Below are positions 61,443 to 64,000 of a stretch of DNA of 64,000 nt, one piece after another. Where the stretch lies: assembly GCF_009914755.1 (NCBI RefSeq), contig NC_060928.1, one strand, 5' to 3'. The DNA comes from the human T2T-CHM13v2.0 reference genome, Homo sapiens. The notes under the pieces are model-generated. The model was given only the letters and a program-made list of their open reading frames with translations. It ran no database searches and was not told the DNA's origin. The position numbers and the translations under genes are program-made. Position 1 is the stretch's first letter. Each line of letters starts with the position of its first letter.

Positions 61443-61866
61443 CTGAATTCATTCCCTAAGGCTGCCATAACAGTCTCACCAAATGGGTGGCATAAGACAA
61501 CAGAAATGTATTATCTCACAGTTCTGGAGGCTAGAGGTCCACAATGAAAGTGTCAACAGGGCTGTATTTCCTCCAAAGTCCCCAGAGAAAAATTCTCTCT
61601 TGTCTCTTCTAGCTTCTGGTGGTTGGTATTGTTGGCTTGTGGCAGCATCCCCCCAATCTCTGCCTTCATCTTTACATAGCCATCGTCCCTCTGCCTGAAT
61701 CGATGTCCAAATTTCTCTTTTAAGAACATCAGTCATTGGCCTAGGGCCCACCATAATCTAGTATGAACTCATCTTAACTTGATAACATCTGCAGAGAAGC
61801 TATGTCCAATTAAGACCACATTTGCAGGTTCTGAGTGAACATGACTTTTGGGGGGACAATATTCTA
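61443..61866 (-). mobile_element. MLT1 (B/C-like) LTR
   Basis: aggctgccataaca...aacagaaatgtattatctcacagttctggaggctagaggtcc...ttttggggggaca. Confidence 0.8.
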
Positions 61867-64000
61867 ATTAGGAGCCTTATTCCATTAAATGTTATATATT
61901 AACATAGAATCTTCTTTAAATATGGACAGTACTTATTAAACATCTCAAATATTTAAAAATTTTGATACATAGCACAACAAAATGATTTCTCTAAATTATT
62001 TTGTATTTTTAAGATCGTGTACTTGAAATTTAATTTCTATGTTTCTGATTGGTTTATATTTAAATAATCAAAAATACCTGTTTGCCCAGGTTTAATAGTT
62101 TGATATTTTACATATACACACACATATACATATATAAGACATATGCAGGCAGACAGAAAAAAAGAGAATTATAGTACCAAACACATCAATAACAAATGCA
62201 GATTAAGAAGCTTCAAGGAAAAATATAATCTAATATGATAATGAAAAGAATAATTTGCTTAATTTAAATTTTATTTGACATTTTCATTGCTAAAAGGCTT
62301 GCATAGGCAGAGTAAAAATAAATTTCTATCATATTTTAGAAAATATCTAGAATATAGAGTTTATTGTCAAGGGCAGTTTCAAAATCCAAATAAATCCCTA
62401 GATTATATAATAGCAAATTTCCAACCAATTCAGCCATGTAACCCATGAGAATAGATTTTCTCCAGAAATTTTAATGCTTCTTTATTAATTTCTGGAAGAA
62501 AAATTCTAGGAATATATATTTTTTCTCTTTATCTATGTATTTGGTTCATTGTTTTCTCCTCCAAATGATGAGGAAAAAGTCTTTATGGTGCATTTCCGAA
62601 ACAAGTGAAATGCTTGTATAGAATTGAGTTCCTGAAGCTGATAACACTGTAAACGTGTAGAGACTATGACTTTGAAGGAGTTCATCAGGTTTACATTTCC
62701 AGCAATTGAAAGTATATGGATTTTACGTTGATGATAGAACAAGGCTTTAGAAATGTCACTGTGGTGTCTTGTCAATACTCAATACACAGTTGCCTCTACC
62801 TCCCTTTCCCAGTGCCACAGTTCCTCCTTCTCACGCCTATCTTCTGGTGAAACATTCAAGTAAATGAATACTCACAATGAAGTCCTTGTGTAAAGCCTTA
62901 TAATAGGCAGCCTTCTTATATTCTGGACTAGTTTCTGAATTCATGACTCCATGGATGAGTATCTCAAGTACGTGAACATCCTGAAGTTGTATTCAGCATT
63001 GAATGGGGATAAATTATTAAAGTCACCATTACATATTTGGATGGGAGAACACAGAGAAGGAAGTGTTATGTGATTTGCAAAATTGCAAAATTTATAAGAA
63101 CCCCAAAAACAATTTCCCAGGTAATATAAAGATATAAAAATATCTTGTAGTTTCAAGCAGTCTGTACTTGCATATAAAGTTTGTTTCTAACTCCTGTGAA
63201 TTTAAGAAAGTAAAGCATCTCACAAATACCAGGGTGGACTTTTGAACTAAACCTATTCTACTGGCTCTAAGCATTGAACAGAAGTATCTCCAAAGGAGGT
63301 CTGCCATGGAATCGACAATTAGCCTACTTACAAGATCATTAATGTCATGCTACAATGAAATATTTGAACATAAATAGCTATTTTTAAAAAGTCTCTAAAA
63401 TCATGCTGTTGATGCAGAAAGAGAAGTAAATTGAAATTCAATTAGTTTCTACTTTTAGAACTCTTTTAATTATCAGGTTGGGGAACCGTACCAATTGAAT
63501 CCCCATTCAATAGGGGCATGAATTTTTAGGACTCTCCTAAATTTCATGTACATATAAAATCTTTTGTGATGCGAAGCATTTGGAAGTATTGTTCACAAAC
63601 GGAAAATAACTAGAGCAATGTAAGCAGCACTTTAACACAGATTCTGTACTAACTTACCTTCAGAATCTGGGGTTTTACTTTACTTCATCATGTATACATT
63701 GCACATGTTCCAGCTCTCAGAACCTCCTGGAGTTTGGATTAACAGGAAGAAATAGATAAGCAGCAACTATCATAAATGTTCCTTATACATTTTGGCCTTG
63801 GGTCTACACTGATATAGACCGGTAAGTGTAAACGTTTCTTCATCTTACAGCTTCTTTACTTCACTGTTTTATTTTTTTTTCTCCTCCAAAAAGAAGCTAC
63901 AAAGAACCATTTTCAAAATATATAAGGAAACTCTACACATCAGTTTTAAAATCCCGAGCAATCCAATTGAAGAAAGTGACCAAAATATTTGAACAGGTAC

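Overview
Primate (probably human or ape) AT-rich intergenic or intronic DNA. I found no supportable cellular protein-coding gene, rRNA, tRNA or CRISPR array. Much of the window is transposable-element derived: about 14 Alus, several L1s, L2/MIR remnants, a MER44 DNA element and many LTR elements. The L1s include a 5'-inverted L1PA with a 403-aa RT ORF, an L1PB 5' end and an internally deleted L1MC. A complete env-deleted HERV-H provirus lies at 37721-43571, with a head-to-head MLT2A LTR on one side and a convergent solo LTR7B-type LTR on the other. The main signal that repeat annotation does not explain is a set of locus-internal copy events. Segments of 27-143 bp have been copied 0.5-3.3 kb away, direct or inverted, at about 93-96% identity, and there are several snap-back hairpin insertions; these look like fossil template-switch or templated-repair scars. 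Repeat subfamily names come from recalled consensus sequences and all mismatch counts are manual; no search was run.
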